Part shown: positions 43,204 through 60,312 of the stretch, piece by piece
How positions within the stretch are numbered: position 1 is the first letter of the stretch
How the letters are laid out: each line of letters begins with the position of its first letter
Source of the DNA: Eledone cirrhosa
Lineage: Eukaryota
DNA length: 64,000 bases
Assembly (NCBI GenBank): GCA_964016885.1
Contig: CAXHJY010001131.1
Location: 1 to 64,000 of the forward strand
Direction: 5' to 3'
Program-made: the position numbers and the translations under genes
The notes under the pieces: model-generated
What the model was told of the DNA's origin: nothing
Seen by the model: the letters and a program-made list of their open reading frames with translations, nothing else
The model's database searches: none

Positions 43204-43257
43204 TTATATATATATATATATTTATATATATATAAATATATTTATATACATATAAAT

Positions 43258-43412
43258 ACGAAGGAATTGTGGTAAGGAACCAGATGGACCATAGCGCACC
43301 AAAGTACTCAATACTTAGGGTAGTAGAGTTGGTAATAGGAACAAGTATGACCCCGACGGCAGAGCTGAAGCCGTTTCGACGACTATTTCTGTCCAGAAAT
43401 AGCCGTCGAAAC
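43258..43412 (-). mobile_element. HHR family B copy with short fold-back
   Basis: Tail plus gaccccgacggcagagctgaagccgtttcgacgactatttctg tccagaaatagccgtcgaaac. Confidence 0.7.
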
Positions 43413-43561
43413 ACCCTACACCCACGAATCTCTTCCTCTTACAGACAGACTGGAGTAATTGCAGCATCCAGCTGCATCTTATAGTTGCTCTTGTTATTGT
43501 TTATCATTGTGATAGTCATTGTATGATATATTAGTTTAACGTTTGAAATAGCAGGAAGAGA

Positions 43562-43599
43562 ATCGTAACGTTTCGGACACTAGTTCTTCATCAGATGAT
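43562..43599 (-). ncRNA. Minimal hammerhead core (family C)
   Basis: Minus strand reads atcat CTGATGA agaactagtgtcc GAAAC GTTA cgat. Palindromic AACGTT; stems partly decayed. Confidence 0.5.
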
Positions 43600-44111
43600 A
43601 AAATTAGAAGTAGAATGAGGTGGTTCTTTTTGTAAGGGATTTCCCCTGGAACGTTAAAGATCAGTTCCCTTCCACTTAGGGAACTTTCTTTAGTTGACAT
43701 CTCTTATAACTTTCTTTAGTTTTCATCTCTCTGATGTTTATTTTGTTTTTCTTTTTATAGTTCCCCCAGAAGACATCATATGTTGTGTGAATATATGTGT
43801 AGGGTGTCTGTGAGTCTGTGTGGGTGTGTGTGGATGTGTGTATGTCTATGTGGTTTACTCTGTGTGTGTGTATGTGTATGTGTGTGTGCCTGTATGTGTT
43901 TTTTCACGTGAGTGTAAACACATGTTTGCATTCACAGTAATTTCTGTCATTGCTTGTCAGTGTATGTGCGAGCATGCATTTGTATATTTATATATATACA
44001 TATATATGTGTGTGTGTGTGCGCGTGTATAAATATATATGTGCGCTCACGCTATATATATGTGTGTGTGTGTGTGTGTGTGCATGTACATATATATATAT
44101 ATATATATATA

Positions 44112-44193
<82 letters not shown>

Positions 44194-44483
44194 CACACAC
44201 ATATATGTGTGTGTGTTTAGAGGCGTCGCTCTCTATAAATAATTGTACAAATGTGTGTGTGGCGTGTGCATGTGTGTGTGTGTATGGGTGGGGTCTGTGT
44301 GTGGGTGTGTGCGTGAGTGTGTGTGTGAGTGTATTATTGTATGTGTCTGTGTGTGTGTATGTCCAATGTACTTTATTGTAAATCATCTCATATTTAAGGA
44401 ACTGATTCGGAGAAATAAAGAGCGTGATTGAAGGTGAGACAGAGAGAGAGACAGACAGATAAAGAGAGAATATGAAAGGGAGT

Positions 44484-44546
<63 letters not shown>

Positions 44547-44675
44547 AAGAAGCAGAGAGTGTGTGAGTGAGGGGGAGAGACAGGAAGAATTTGATGATGC
44601 TATCAACACGATCTAGGTAAGTTGTCAAAGAACCGTCTCTAGATTTCTCTCTCTCTCTCTCTCTCTATCCCTGTG

Positions 44676-44729
<54 letters not shown>

Positions 44730-44786
44730 TATGCATATATATTTACACACACATATATATATACACATATATATGCATATATATTT

Positions 44787-44838
<52 letters not shown>

Positions 44839-44844
44839 GTACAT

Positions 44845-44902
<58 letters not shown>

Positions 44903-44914
44903 TTAATATAGATG

Positions 44915-44965
44915 AGATTCTACAGGACTAGAACTGTTTCATTCTTTAGAAATCATCAGGAATCT
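44915..44965 (-). ncRNA. Type I hammerhead ribozyme fold (family A), complete, in fold-back element 44899-45092
   Basis: Same sequence as 36128-36178. The opposite-strand copy begins at TGATGA (44966) and lacks C3 and the 5' strand of stem I. Confidence 0.75.
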
Positions 44966-45094
44966 TGATGATTTCTAAAGAATGAAACAGTTCTAGTCCT
45001 GTAGAATCTCATCTATATTAAAACTTTTATACTCTGCTATGTATTGAGTACCTTACTTACTGTGGTTACCTCCGATTCAACCCGGAATAACTGT

Positions 45095-45130
<36 letters not shown>

Positions 45131-45266
45131 ATATATATGCATATATATACGTATATAGATATATATATATATGTGGTTGCATAAATATCTGTGTGTTTTT
45201 GTTTGTATGCATATAAGCGTGTAAGCAAGAGTAGAGGTATATATATACATGCATACGTATGTATGC

Positions 45267-45310
<44 letters not shown>

Positions 45311-45668
45311 TTGCATGCATGTATACATACATAAATAAATGTATATATTATATATTTTCATGTTATATTTTCATAATTCTTATTATTATTTTTATTATGT
45401 TCTGAGTTCAAATTCCGCCGAAGTTAACATTGCCTTTCATCCTTAAGGGGTCGATAAAATAAAGTACCAGTAATACACTGGGATAATTGCTGGCCTTGTG
45501 CCAATTATTGCGTACATGTATATTAGAAGAGACTACGACATCTTCACATACCACCACAGACACACACAAAACATGCATGCACACACTCACACATAAACAG
45601 ATGCATCCAATGTGACGGACACACAGACAGGTGCATGTGCGTATAAATATGTACATATATATATATAC

Positions 45669-45701
<33 letters not shown>

Positions 45702-45712
45702 CATACATATGC

Positions 45713-45751
<39 letters not shown>

Positions 45752-45811
45752 ATCTGAGCTTTCTTTTTTCATATATATATAAACATAGATATATATATAT
45801 GCATATATATA

Positions 45812-45936
<125 letters not shown>

Positions 45937-46323
45937 GTGTATATGTGTGTGTGTGTGTATGTGTGTGTTATGTGTGTGTGTGTGTATATATTTATGTGTG
46001 TGTATAACGATTTTCTGCCTTACGGTTAAGTTTTTACTCTTTCGATAGATTAATTTATCATTTGGTATGGAAGCTTAACCGTAGGGCAGATAATCTATAA
46101 AAATATCTACACCAACCTTTCTTATGTACTGAGTACTAGTAACATCTCATATATACATTCGTACACACACAAAATATATATACATATATATATGTAAAAG
46201 TTCTATTTAAATTGTTGGGATACAACAAGCAAATATTTTTATAACTGATATAAAGCACTCAACAAATATTTGGAGTAAAAATACGATATTAACAAATGGA
46301 AACTATATTTATAAAACCATATT

Positions 46324-46388
46324 TATTTCATTATACATATTTCAAGGACACCAAGTTAAATTATGGCGTGCTTTCATCAGATAAAATA
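46324..46388 (-). ncRNA. Minimal type I hammerhead ribozyme fold (family D) in element ~46200-46495
   Basis: Minus strand reads tattttat CTGATGA aagcacgcca..tggtgtcctt GAAA tatgta TA atgaaata. Part of the tail is duplicated in inverted orientation at 46461-46495. Confidence 0.7.
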
Positions 46389-46518
46389 TATTATAGATCA
46401 GTTTTATATATAAATATTGACATACCCTTAAAAAATGCAACCATTACTGTTGGAACTCCCTTTATAAATATAGTTTCCATTTGTTAATATCGTATATATA
46501 TATATATATACACACACA

Positions 46519-46600
46519 CAGGATGTACCCCCAAAATGTATACACACTTTGATTAGAATGCTGTTGAAGTGTGTATACATTTTTGGGGGACACATACCTG
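46519..46600. mobile_element. Tc1/mariner-like micro-MITE
   Basis: caggatgtacccccaaaatgtatacacactt / aagtgtgtatacatttttgggggacacatacctg followed by TA. Confidence 0.5.
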
Positions 46601-46946
46601 TACATACATGTGCTGGTATAGCTGGGCGGACAAGGTGATCGTTTTGTAGCCACATCTTTTCCGAGTTCAGCCCCTAAACTGCAGCATATGGGCAACTATC
46701 TTCTACTGTAGATTCGGGTTAATCAACATGCATAGTGAGTTGAATTTGGTAGATCGAGGGTGCACAGAAGCCCGTCATTTTTCCCCCTTTCTCTCTTTCT
46801 CTCTCTCTCTCTCTTTACACCTCAGGCCTTCACACAAACACATAAACAGGTATACAACCTCCATGTACACACTCACCTACACACATATGTCTGACTACAA
46901 ACAGACCCCCGTACATACGTATGTAAACACACACTCAGACACACAA

Positions 46947-46996
<50 letters not shown>

Positions 46997-47079
46997 GTGT
47001 ATATATATATATATAGCCCAGTCTCACCAAGCGTGAAACTAATAATATTTGTTTGTTTTTTTTTTCTGTTAATCCGAAC

Positions 47080-47163
<84 letters not shown>

Positions 47164-47719
47164 TGTTGCCACATAGCATAGAAGCACATACAGACACGAG
47201 CCAATGGTTGATATAAAGATAGACATACAAACAATAAGACAAACATACCGAGGTAAACACAACACACGGCACATGTTTTCTACTCTCGTCGACAGGGAGT
47301 GGGGGGGGGGGGGGGTGAGAACGAGAGGAGTAGGATTGACGGAAAGAGAGGAAGAGTGAATGATAGAAGAAGTATTAAAGAATGAATGAATGAATGAAAG
47401 AGAAAGAATGAGAAAATGAAAAAAAGCCGGAGATAGAGATGAAGAAAGAGAAAGAAAGAAAGTAGTATAGAAAAGGATAAAAAAAGAATGAAGGAAAAGT
47501 GAAAGAGAGACAGTAAAAGAGAAAAAGGAAGAACGAATGAATGAAAGACAGAAGAAATGAAAGAAAGAGTGAGATAGTGAGGGAAAGAAAGAATGAAAAA
47601 GCTTTGACTAAATGGAAGGGAAACACGACGCAGAATATTTCAAAATTAGAAGGAATATAAACATTGGAATGGTGGACTGAGAGAGAGAGAGATAGAGAGT
47701 GATGTAGGTAGATAGATGA

Positions 47720-47797
<78 letters not shown>

Positions 47798-47836
47798 AAT
47801 TCTCTGTATACGTATGTGTGTGTATATATATGTATG

Positions 47837-47889
<53 letters not shown>

Positions 47890-47946
47890 CCCTAATTCTC
47901 TGTATATGTATGTGTGTGTATATATATGTATGTATGTATATATATA

Positions 47947-48004
<58 letters not shown>

Positions 48005-48159
48005 TGTATGTATGTGTATATATATATATTTATGTGCGTGTGTGCATGTGCATGTGTGTCTGTATGTATGTTTGTATGTGTGTGTGTGTCTATATATATA
48101 TATATATACAGAGGAATATAGAGACAGAGAGTGAGAGAGAAAGAGATAGAGAGAGACAC

Positions 48160-48193
<34 letters not shown>

Positions 48194-48574
48194 TGAGAGA
48201 GAGGGAGAAGAGGGAGTGAGAGAGACAGACTAATATCTAATATTCCGATTCTTTCCAATTTGTTTGTATTGTAAGCCACTTGCAGAGATATTCCACGATT
48301 TCTCTGCTATTGATGAATGCCACAGTACACACACACATACACACACATATACACACACGCACACTCATACACACACACATATACACACGCACACATACAT
48401 GCACACGCATACACACACACACACACACAGACACACATACACACATACACATACACACATACATACATACATATACATACATATACACACACATACAAAC
48501 ACACACACACACAAATACATACATACACACACACACACATACATGCACACGCACACAAATACACACAAATACAT

Positions 48575-48611
<37 letters not shown>

Positions 48612-48973
48612 CACACACACATGCATACACACACACATATACACACGCACACGCACACACACACACATGCATACACGCACACATACACACACACACATAC
48701 ACACGCATACACACACACATACATACAAACACACATACATACACACACTCATACACACACACACATACATACATACACAGACATACACACACAAACACAC
48801 ACACATTAACACTACTATACACACACATACACACACATACAAACACACACACAGACACACAAACGCACACAAATGCATATGCATATCCTCGGTGCACAGA
48901 TTCCACATTGGTCCATAACATACTCACATAACAACACTGTTGCATACACATACACACAAACGCAGAGAAATGC

Positions 48974-49005
<32 letters not shown>

Positions 49006-49047
49006 ACAGACAAGGAACACATACGTAAGCATATATATATATATGTA

Positions 49048-49100
<53 letters not shown>

Positions 49101-49159
49101 CATTTAGAGGTATGTGTATGTATGTATATAAGCATCTATCTATGAATCCACCTGTCTAT

Positions 49160-49226
<67 letters not shown>

Positions 49227-49320
49227 TACATATATGCATATATATATATATACATACGTATATATATATGTATATATATATACATACGTATATATATATA
49301 TGTATATATGTATATATGTA

Positions 49321-49352
<32 letters not shown>

Positions 49353-49358
49353 CGTATG

Positions 49359-49389
<31 letters not shown>

Positions 49390-49455
49390 ATACGTATATG
49401 CTGGAACCTAAGTATGGCCTCAGCTTGTCGTCTGGGACAGGTAGAAGTTTAAAAG

Positions 49456-49495
<40 letters not shown>

Positions 49496-49530
49496 ATATA
49501 TTGGCTTTTTGCTACAATATTTTCTATGCC

Positions 49531-49573
<43 letters not shown>

Positions 49574-50156
49574 AGCTTAGCCAGGTATATTGTATGCTGA
49601 GGCATGCTTATTTTCATACAGGTGGTGAGACAGTCGGGAGATGACGGACACTGCCGGAGACAGGCGGAAACTGATGCAGACAAACTGAAGACAGGGGAAA
49701 AGTCCTAGACACACACACACAGACACACAAACATAGTTATTCACACACACATACACACACACACACGTGAGAGTGAGTGCGAAAGAGAAATAGCTAGATA
49801 TATGTATGTATATATATATGTGTGTGTGTGTGTGAGTATGTGTATATATATATATGTGTGGGTGTTTGTGTATATGTCTGTGTGTGTGTGTGCGTGTGTG
49901 AGTGTGTGTGTATGTGTATATATATATATATGTATGTGTGTGTTTGTGTATATGTGTGTGTGTGTGTGAGTGTGTGAGTGTGTGTGTGTGTGTATATATA
50001 TCCTGTAAAGGAAAACACACTCTCCTGTGTTTTTCCCCTCTATATCTTGTATTTTAAAGTGCCCAGGAAAACTCTTTCCTTTGAGCTCATTTAATTACAT
50101 GATTATACGCATACGCGAGTACATTACACCGTTATTTTACTGTATATACACACACA

Positions 50157-50214
<58 letters not shown>

Positions 50215-50320
50215 TATATTTATATATATATATATATATTAATATATATATATATATATATAAATATATTTATATATAAATATATTTATATATATATAAA
50301 TATATATATATAAATATATT

Positions 50321-50393
<73 letters not shown>

Positions 50394-50947
50394 ATATATG
50401 TATATATATATGTATGTATATATATATGTAGTTATATGTATGCATGTATGTATATGTATGTATATGTATGTGTGTGTATGTAAGTATATCTATATACAGG
50501 TATATGTATGTATGTATATATATGTATATATATATACATACATATATATAAATGTATATATATATATATATATAATATATATATATGACATGACTATTTG
50601 GTGTATTCATATATACATACATATAAACATATAAATATATGTATATATGTATATATATGAATACACCAAATAGTCATAGTCGCGTCGTATATATCAAATA
50701 TCATACATATATTAACATACATATGAATAATAATCCTAATCCTAAACCTGGTCATAATTATAGTCACAGTCATAGTCATAATTATAATTATAAATATAAT
50801 CACAATCATAACCAATCATAATATGAAAGAAGTTTCTTTAAAGTAGATATGTCCTGATACACAACAGACATACATAACATAACTAAATACATTCACACAA
50901 AAAAGCAAACACATACACACATATATACATATCTATACATATATATA

Positions 50948-50985
<38 letters not shown>

Positions 50986-51002
50986 GACATATACAAATAT
51001 AT

Positions 51003-51188
51003 AATTGTTTCTACTTTTGGCACAAGGCCAGCAATTATCCAGTACATTACTGGTACTTTATTTTATCGACCCCGTAAGGATGAAAGGCAAAGTTGACCTC
51101 GGCGGGATTTGAACTCAGAATGGAAAGGGCCGTAACTCTATGCGTCAAAGCATATCGTCCGACCCTCTACCGATACTGCCAATCCACC
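51003..51188 (-). mobile_element. SINE family 1, near full length
   Basis: Reverse complement of head, core and tail as at 14785. Confidence 0.88.
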
Positions 51189-51323
51189 ATATACAAATAT
51201 ATAATCATACCTATACATATCTATACATACATACATATATATATATACATATATATACAAATACATATATATACATACCTATACATATATATATGTATAT
51301 ATACATATATATATATACATATA

Positions 51324-51407
<84 letters not shown>

Positions 51408-51429
51408 GTCGTTTCGATAGCTAGATCCG

Positions 51430-51519
<90 letters not shown>

Positions 51520-51601
51520 CATATATACATACATATATATATATACATACATATATATATATACATACATATATATATACATACATATATATATACATAC
51601 A

Positions 51602-51642
<41 letters not shown>

Positions 51643-52032
51643 ACATACATATATATATATACATACATATATATATACCTACATATATATATACATACAT
51701 ATATATATACATACATATATATATATACATACATATATATACACTATATTTGATGACCCTTTGGATAAACGGGTGAAACTCCAGAGTAATAATCGTATAG
51801 AGAATTCACCTGTCTCCATGACTCTCTAACTATCTAACCCCCCTCTTTCTCTCTCTTCTCTCTCCCTCCCTCCCTCTCTCTCTCCCTCTTTCTCTCTCTC
51901 TCTTTCTCTCCCTTTCTCTCTCTCTCCCTCTCTCTCTCTAACTCTCTCGGCCAGTATTGGCCCAGGCCATTTCTAACTTAGTATATAGATAAACACTTAC
52001 ATACTTACATACAAGCATACACACGCACACAG

Positions 52033-52069
<37 letters not shown>

Positions 52070-52397
52070 AACATCCATAGATAGATAGATACATACATAC
52101 ATATACATAGGCACTTATTGAAAAATCGAAAGTGATTCATCAACAACAATAATCGATGTAATTGGGGGTATGGGGTGGGGGGTAAGGGTGGAACGGACCA
52201 AACTTTCTTCCTCTTTATTCAGCAATAGTCTACATACCGAAAAATACCAGGTGAGTTACCGTTGTTAACATTCTTTTGCTCTGTGTTGTTATTATTATTT
52301 ATTGTAAACCCCCACTGTCCCTGTCTTTGTATTGTCCCCTACATGTCGGCCCTTGTGGCTAATAAATGAAATCATTATTATTATTATTACCCATATT

Positions 52398-53070
52398 GGG
52401 GCGGTGGATTGGCAGAATCGGTAGAACGTCGGACACCTTGCTTTGTGGCATAGAGTTACGGCCCTTTACATTCTGAGTTCGAATCCCTTAGAAGTTAGCT
52501 TTGCCTTTCATCCTCACGTGTCGATGATATAAAGCACCAGTAATGCACTGGGGTCGATTTAATCGATTTTCCCCTCCCCAAACATTTGCTGGTCTTGTGC
52601 CTATATAAGAAACCATTATCTGAGTTCAAATCCCGCCGAGGTTGACTTTGCCTTTCATCCTTACGGGGTCGATAAAATAAAGTACCAGTAATGCACTGGG
52701 GTAATTTGTTGGCCTTGTGCCTAAAATAGAAACAAGTATTATTATCTATATTAGGTCGGTGGATTGGTAGAATCGTTGGAGCGTCGGACAAAATACTTTG
52801 CAGTATTTAGTTATCACTCTTTACGATCTGAGTTCAAATCCCCCCGAAGTTAGCTTTGGATTTCATCCTTACGGGGGTCGATATTATAAAGTAACAGTAA
52901 GGCCAGCAATTTTGGAGGAAGCGAAAATCGTTTAAATAGACCCCAGTGCGTGACTGGTACTTTATGTGATCAACCACGTAAGGATGAAAGAAAAAGCTAA
53001 CTTCGGCGGGAATTGAACTCACAACTTAAAGGGCCGTAACTATATGCCGAAAATGTTGTCCGACGCTTAA
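52398..53070. mobile_element. Cluster of four SINE family 1 copies (three +, one -)
   Basis: Cores at about 52472, 52619 and 52827 (+) and 52955-53025 (-). Confidence 0.85.
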
Positions 53071-53156
53071 TGAATTAGTTTCATATCAAGAAGATTGTAT
53101 TCCCTAACAGGTGCGATGCAAAAAAAAAAAAATATTTCGGGATTTTATCACCTGTA

Positions 53157-53259
<103 letters not shown>

Positions 53260-53394
53260 GAATCTGGAACTAGCTGTTGTAACGGCATATTTTGTATTTT
53301 TGTATTTGTACTTCACATATACTTCACACGAGTACACATACACACACAAAGTTTATATATATATATATAAGCAAACAATATTCTACACGAAATA

Positions 53395-53470
53395 TATTAG
53401 TTTAACGCTTGATATAGTAGGAAAAGTGTCTTTAGGTTTCGGGCACTAGTCCTTCATCTGGAGATAGAAG
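53395..53470 (-). mobile_element. HHR family C copy, degenerate core
   Basis: Minus strand reads cAGATGA aggactagtgccc GAAAC ctaaagacacttttcctactatatcaagcgttaaactaata. Confidence 0.55.
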
Positions 53471-53551
53471 AATGAGAAATATAAAATGAAACAGAAAGGA
53501 GAAAGGAATACAAAACTTTTTTTTTTTTAGAAAAAAACAAGTGTGTATTCA

Positions 53552-53603
<52 letters not shown>

Positions 53604-54694
53604 ATGTATGTATATTTGTATGTATGTATGTATATATATATATTTGTATGTATATATGTATCTATGTGTGCGTGTGTGTGTGTGTGTATTGTGGGGGAGT
53701 GGGCCGCCGGCTTAATGTTTAGAGTGTTGGACTTACAATTGTAATGCCGCTTGTTCGATACTTGGACAGGATGGCCCCTTATGTAAATTAAGGAAAACAC
53801 TTCATTTCATGTTGTTCCAATCTACCACCGGTTTTTCTGGAGCCCCGCTATGACCCTTTAAATACCAACCCACCTACCAAAAATCATAAAATGGCCCTTA
53901 GTTCTATGAAACATAACCAGCCATTATAAAGAGCCTCCTAGTTAATTTTAACTCTTCCAAAATAATTATATCAAAGAATCATTTGTGAAATTATGTTATA
54001 AATACCATCATCTCAATAAAGGTTTCTGGGTTAGTGAAGTAGGCACAAGGCCATCAATGTCAGTGTTGGGCTGAAAGGTGATTATATTGACCCTAGTGCT
54101 TTACTGGTACTTTAATTGTTCGACCCCTTAAGGATGAAAAGCAGAGTTAACATTGGCGGGATTTGAGCCCACATAAATACCAACTTAATAATGATTTCTA
54201 CTATAGGCAAAATGCCAGTAATTTGGGGAGGGGAAAGTCGATTAAATCGACCCCAGTGCGTTACTGTATTTTATTTTCTCGACCCCTTAAGGATGAAAAG
54301 CAAAGCTAATCTTGGCAGGATTTAAGCCCACATAAATACCAATTTAATAATAAAATAATTAACATTTTTTGTGAATCACTCTAAATCTATAAATTAATTA
54401 AATGAAATAGATTATATGTCATTAGGAATATGGCCATAGAAGAGTTAAGGGAACTTTAAGGGATCATGTGCCACGTGCGTTTGTATGTTTCACTATTTAA
54501 ACGCACGTGCATGCATTTGTGTGTCTGTGTGTTCGTATGGCAAAGTGTTTGTGTGTGTGTTTGCAGTGGGTGACATTCATAGATGTATTTAGGCGTGCAT
54601 GGTCTACAGAGATACAGATATTCAAAAAGTCATACATCTATCTACACACACACACACATTCTCACATATGTGTGTGTGTGTGTATGTGTATATA

Positions 54695-55004
<310 letters not shown>

Positions 55005-55146
55005 ATATATTATAGGCGATTATAGTGGAGTATTCCACTATAATGTTTGATAAGGCATATTTATATATATATATATATATAAAGCGTTTAACTAATATAC
55101 TTCTCCAACGTACTGTATTGTTTGCTTTGTTGTGGAGTTTACTTTT

Positions 55147-55191
<45 letters not shown>

Positions 55192-55235
55192 TATATATAT
55201 ATATATATTATATATATATATACCTATTATATATA

Positions 55236-55297
<62 letters not shown>

Positions 55298-55328
55298 TAT
55301 ATATATATATATATACCTATTATATATA

Positions 55329-55413
<85 letters not shown>

Positions 55414-55483
55414 ATATATATATATATGTAGATATATATATTTATTTACATATATGTATATATATATATATATATTTAGATAC

Positions 55484-55515
<32 letters not shown>

Positions 55516-56142
55516 ATATATATACATATATATATATATATACAACATACATATAAACAAACATACATACGTACAAACATACATACTTACATATACCTAA
55601 GCCTGTTTGTATGTAATCTGCACACGCTTTATCTGTTCCCATTTTCAAGAATCTGATAGAGGAACTCTATATCATTATGTGCCACGTGTTTCCCTGTACA
55701 CTCTTCTGTCTATATATAAATATATATATATATATGTGTGTGTGTGTCTTTGTTTATACAATGCGAGTACAGTGCAGTATGCGAGCAGTAAGTGATATGC
55801 AAAAATGCATGTATTTAGGTGGGTATGCACCATTACTTGCATCATCCATTATAGTTAGGTCATGAGGCATACAAGAGCCAGTCTATTAATTTGACAGCAC
55901 CATTTTGTAGAAACTCATAAGAAACTTAATAAATAGTTTAGTGGTTGATAGAAATATAAAAATACATATAACACTATAGCTTGAGAAATGTAAGATTTTG
56001 TCTAACTTCACCCTCCACCATCTTCCTTCCTATGTTTGGATAATGACTTAATGTAAACTACTTAGAGTAAGGAGTAGTAATTTTTAAACACACATATGCA
56101 AACATACAGATATATAGATATCTGTGTGTATGCATTTATATA

Positions 56143-56203
<61 letters not shown>

Positions 56204-56213
56204 GCATATACTT

Positions 56214-56247
<34 letters not shown>

Positions 56248-56296
56248 GTATGCATATACTTATATATATATATCATATATGTACACATATATATGC

Positions 56297-56418
<122 letters not shown>

Positions 56419-56586
56419 TATACTTCTATGCATATCATATATATATATTGTTATTATTTCTGGCAATATTATAACAATATATATATATACATATATATAT
56501 ATATGCATATGTATATATATTCATATATGCATATATATCATATATACATATATATATATACATATATATGTATATATTTATATATG

Positions 56587-56633
<47 letters not shown>

Positions 56634-56691
56634 ATGTATATTTTAATATGATATATATATACATATATATATTCACGTAATATATACATAT

Positions 56692-56722
<31 letters not shown>

Positions 56723-56754
56723 CTATGAATATATATGTATATTATACACACAAG

Positions 56755-56909
<155 letters not shown>

Positions 56910-57015
56910 AGTGTGTGTATATCTATATATATACATATATACATATATATCCGTAGGAATCAGCACATATTGAATGGAAACAGGTTGACAGGTTAGTTGA
57001 AATATATATATATAA

Positions 57016-57105
<90 letters not shown>

Positions 57106-57351
57106 TGTTAGATATATGTATTTAGATTCTTATCTATATGCAAATATATGCATCTAGGTAGTTATGCATGGTTGCATGCATATATGCATTTACATATTCA
57201 TGTGTGCAACTATGTATATTTGTATATACGGCTATGTATGTGTATGTTGAAGGATGTATGTAGTTATATACATATTTATATTTGACAATTAACATTGAAT
57301 ATACCACACACACACATAAATAATTGATATATATATACACACACACACACA

Positions 57352-57413
<62 letters not shown>

Positions 57414-57432
57414 CACATATTTATATATATAT

Positions 57433-57467
<35 letters not shown>

Positions 57468-57722
57468 CATAAATACACATATTTATATATATATATATAT
57501 ATAATATGTATATAGACATATGCACACATATATATATATATATATATAAATACATATGCATAGATATACATATATATATACATACATATATATATATACA
57601 TATGCATACATATACATACATATATTTATATATATATATGTGTTTATGTATGTATGTATCTATATATATATATATATACATATATATACGTTTATATATA
57701 TATATATATATATATACATATG

Positions 57723-57792
<70 letters not shown>

Positions 57793-57802
57793 CATATGTA
57801 TA

Positions 57803-58018
<216 letters not shown>

Positions 58019-58333
58019 CATACATGCATATATATACACATACATGCAGGTACATTTATCATATATATTTACAATACACACTAGCTGTGCTTTCTTTAGT
58101 ATCATACTGAAACTTATTAATGTTCAAATGTAACAAATTCCTTTAAGACTTTCTTCATGAACCATCAACATCCGACTCAATTTCCGACAGAAGCAATTCT
58201 TTACTTGAGATGGTTATTGTCTCCAAAGTATGAAACCTGGTGGAACTACGTTAGACATGGCTTGGGTCAATATTAGCCGAATCCTCACAAAGTTATCGTA
58301 GTTATATACATACTTACTTACATACATACATAC

Positions 58334-58945
58334 GTGGCGGCTGCCAACTCGTTTTCGAGTACGTCCACTACTTTATGTCCATGTAGGAGAACCCCTACCG
58401 ATGCGCTGAACGAGTGTGACTTTTTAGTCCAGCCAGTGACTTGAAAACTCTGGTAGAAACACTACACTTGTGACAATTATTGACACATAGTGCTGGGCCC
58501 ATGGTACCATGTGACGACAAGTGCAGAGAGATCTCCAGATATAAAGCAATGCCTGTGCCGTGAAGCTTTTATAGTGAGCAAAGGCACTGCACAAAGCCAG
58601 TGCCACTCTCTTAACCAAGATGATATTTACCAAAAAGAAGAACAAGTCAACATCATTGGATACCATCAGGGTTGCAGGTGTTATATCAGAGTTTTCCTTC
58701 TCTTAGAATTCTGCCTTGACAAAGGCTAAGGAGTCATCTCTCCCGGTGATTTTGGATGGCCATTGACTCTTAAGAGCTCCTCTGCCCTTTGACAGGTTTT
58801 GTTTTTAGTCCTGCAGGGTGTCCAAAGTCACCCTCCTCACCAAGAAACCTTGGTGGGGTTGCCAGTTTAGTCGCCAACGACCCGACCATGAGACAGGTTG
58901 TACTGGGATACATGTTACCAGTAGCACCAACTGGTGACCTGACCT
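58334..58945 (-). mobile_element. Internally deleted RTE-type element (5' region fused to 3' end), flanked by (CATA)n
   Basis: 3' part matches 40002-40283. Minus-strand aggcagaattctaagagaaggaaaactctga (58686-58716) resembles a motif I recall from RTE 5' regions. Confidence 0.5.
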
Positions 58946-59153
58946 AATATACATACATACATACATACATACATACATACATACATACATACATACATAC
59001 ATACATGCATACATACATACATACATACATACAAACACACACACTTACATACAGACCTTCACTCATTAATACATATATATATATATACACATACATCCAT
59101 ATACATATATATACACCCCAAATCCTTTATAGTTGCTTTTCAACCCATATAAG

Positions 59154-59520
59154 TTCTTCTTCTTCTTCTTCTTCTTCTTCTTCTTCTTCTTCTTCTTCTT
59201 CTTCTTCTTCTTGTATATGAGTTGCAAATATATGATGCCCCCCAGGTGTAACCAGCACACTGTAGTCGGATTAAGGTGTGTGTGAGATCCATATTCTCTG
59301 TTGGGCGGAGATTTAGGCACTCACTTAGTATATCTTCAACAACAGTGTGCTTTGGCAATCCACACTGGAAAACTACTGATGGACACAGCCCCACTCCGTG
59401 GTGTCTGACTGCAGCTAATCGGCCGACACCTGTGCGAATCCGATTCAGAGACATCTACTCTTTCCGAGGGAGGTTAGCATGATTTGATACACCTCTTTAC
59501 CTATCAGAGATGATCGCAAA
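59154..59520 (-). mobile_element. Ingi/Vingi-like LINE 3' end with (AAG)n tail
   Basis: Translation LNRIRTGVGR...G..PS...CG...T..I..EC (decayed CCHC knuckle) runs into (GAA)n. Confidence 0.55.
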
Positions 59521-60059
59521 CATTACCAACGAAGGTGTCATGCAAGGTGGTTCCTGTCAGTGCTGTTATTTTCATTTCGTTAAACCCCTTGTTACAATTG
59601 CTCACAATATATAATGGTTTCTGATTCAGTCACAAGGTCAACAAATTTGCGGAAAGGGAAAGTCGATTAAACTGACCCCAGTGCGTTACTGATACTTTAT
59701 TTTATCGATCCCGTAAGAATGAAAGGCAAAGCTAACTTAGGCGGGATTTAAAATCAGAATGTAAATGAAATATTCTGTGGGCTGAGTAAAAATGGCTGCT
59801 CGTAAAACGTAGAAAACTCGTGACTTCACTCGAAAACCTATACATTAACGTCTTGGTAATTTATCGTTAACATCAGGTGAAAACTACAACTATTTTGGAT
59901 ATATTTGAAATGTCTATTACAACGCCTATATTTGGTCTTCCGAACATGTTGCTACAAGAACTCAATGACTGGGATATAAAATCTCACTAAATTCTTCAAT
60001 GTTACTGGAAATGTCAACGTCGATAGAGGTGTCTAAAGTCTGTCTTAAGCGAGAAGGTT

Positions 60060-60312
60060 CGTTAGGCAGGCGCTTATCTCGGTTTCATTGCGTGGAGCGA
60101 CTGAGAGCACAAGACTCCCCCCTGGATAGGGCACCAGTCCATCGCAGGGTTAAACCCCCAGCTATTGCTGGTACTCCTTTTCAGCTGAGCATACTGGGGC
60201 AATGTGAAATAAAGTGTTTTTCTCAAGAACACAACACACAACCCAGCCCAGGAATCGAACCCACGACATTATGATCGTAAGTCGAACACCATTACCACTA
60301 GGACGCGCATCT
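60060..60312 (-). mobile_element. SINE family 2 (tRNA head plus V-domain-like body)
   Basis: Minus strand: A box cctagtggtaat, B box ggttcgattcc, body ccctgcgatggactggtgccctatccagggg. Head fragments also at about 37670-37760(-), 40560-40672(-) and 53695-53830(+). Confidence 0.7.

Noticed and set aside
53948-54448. TTAA-flanked element (ttaa ctcttc ... gaagag ttaa), piggyBac-like
   Set aside because: The inverted match is only 6 bp and the interior is largely SINEs, so it could be chance.
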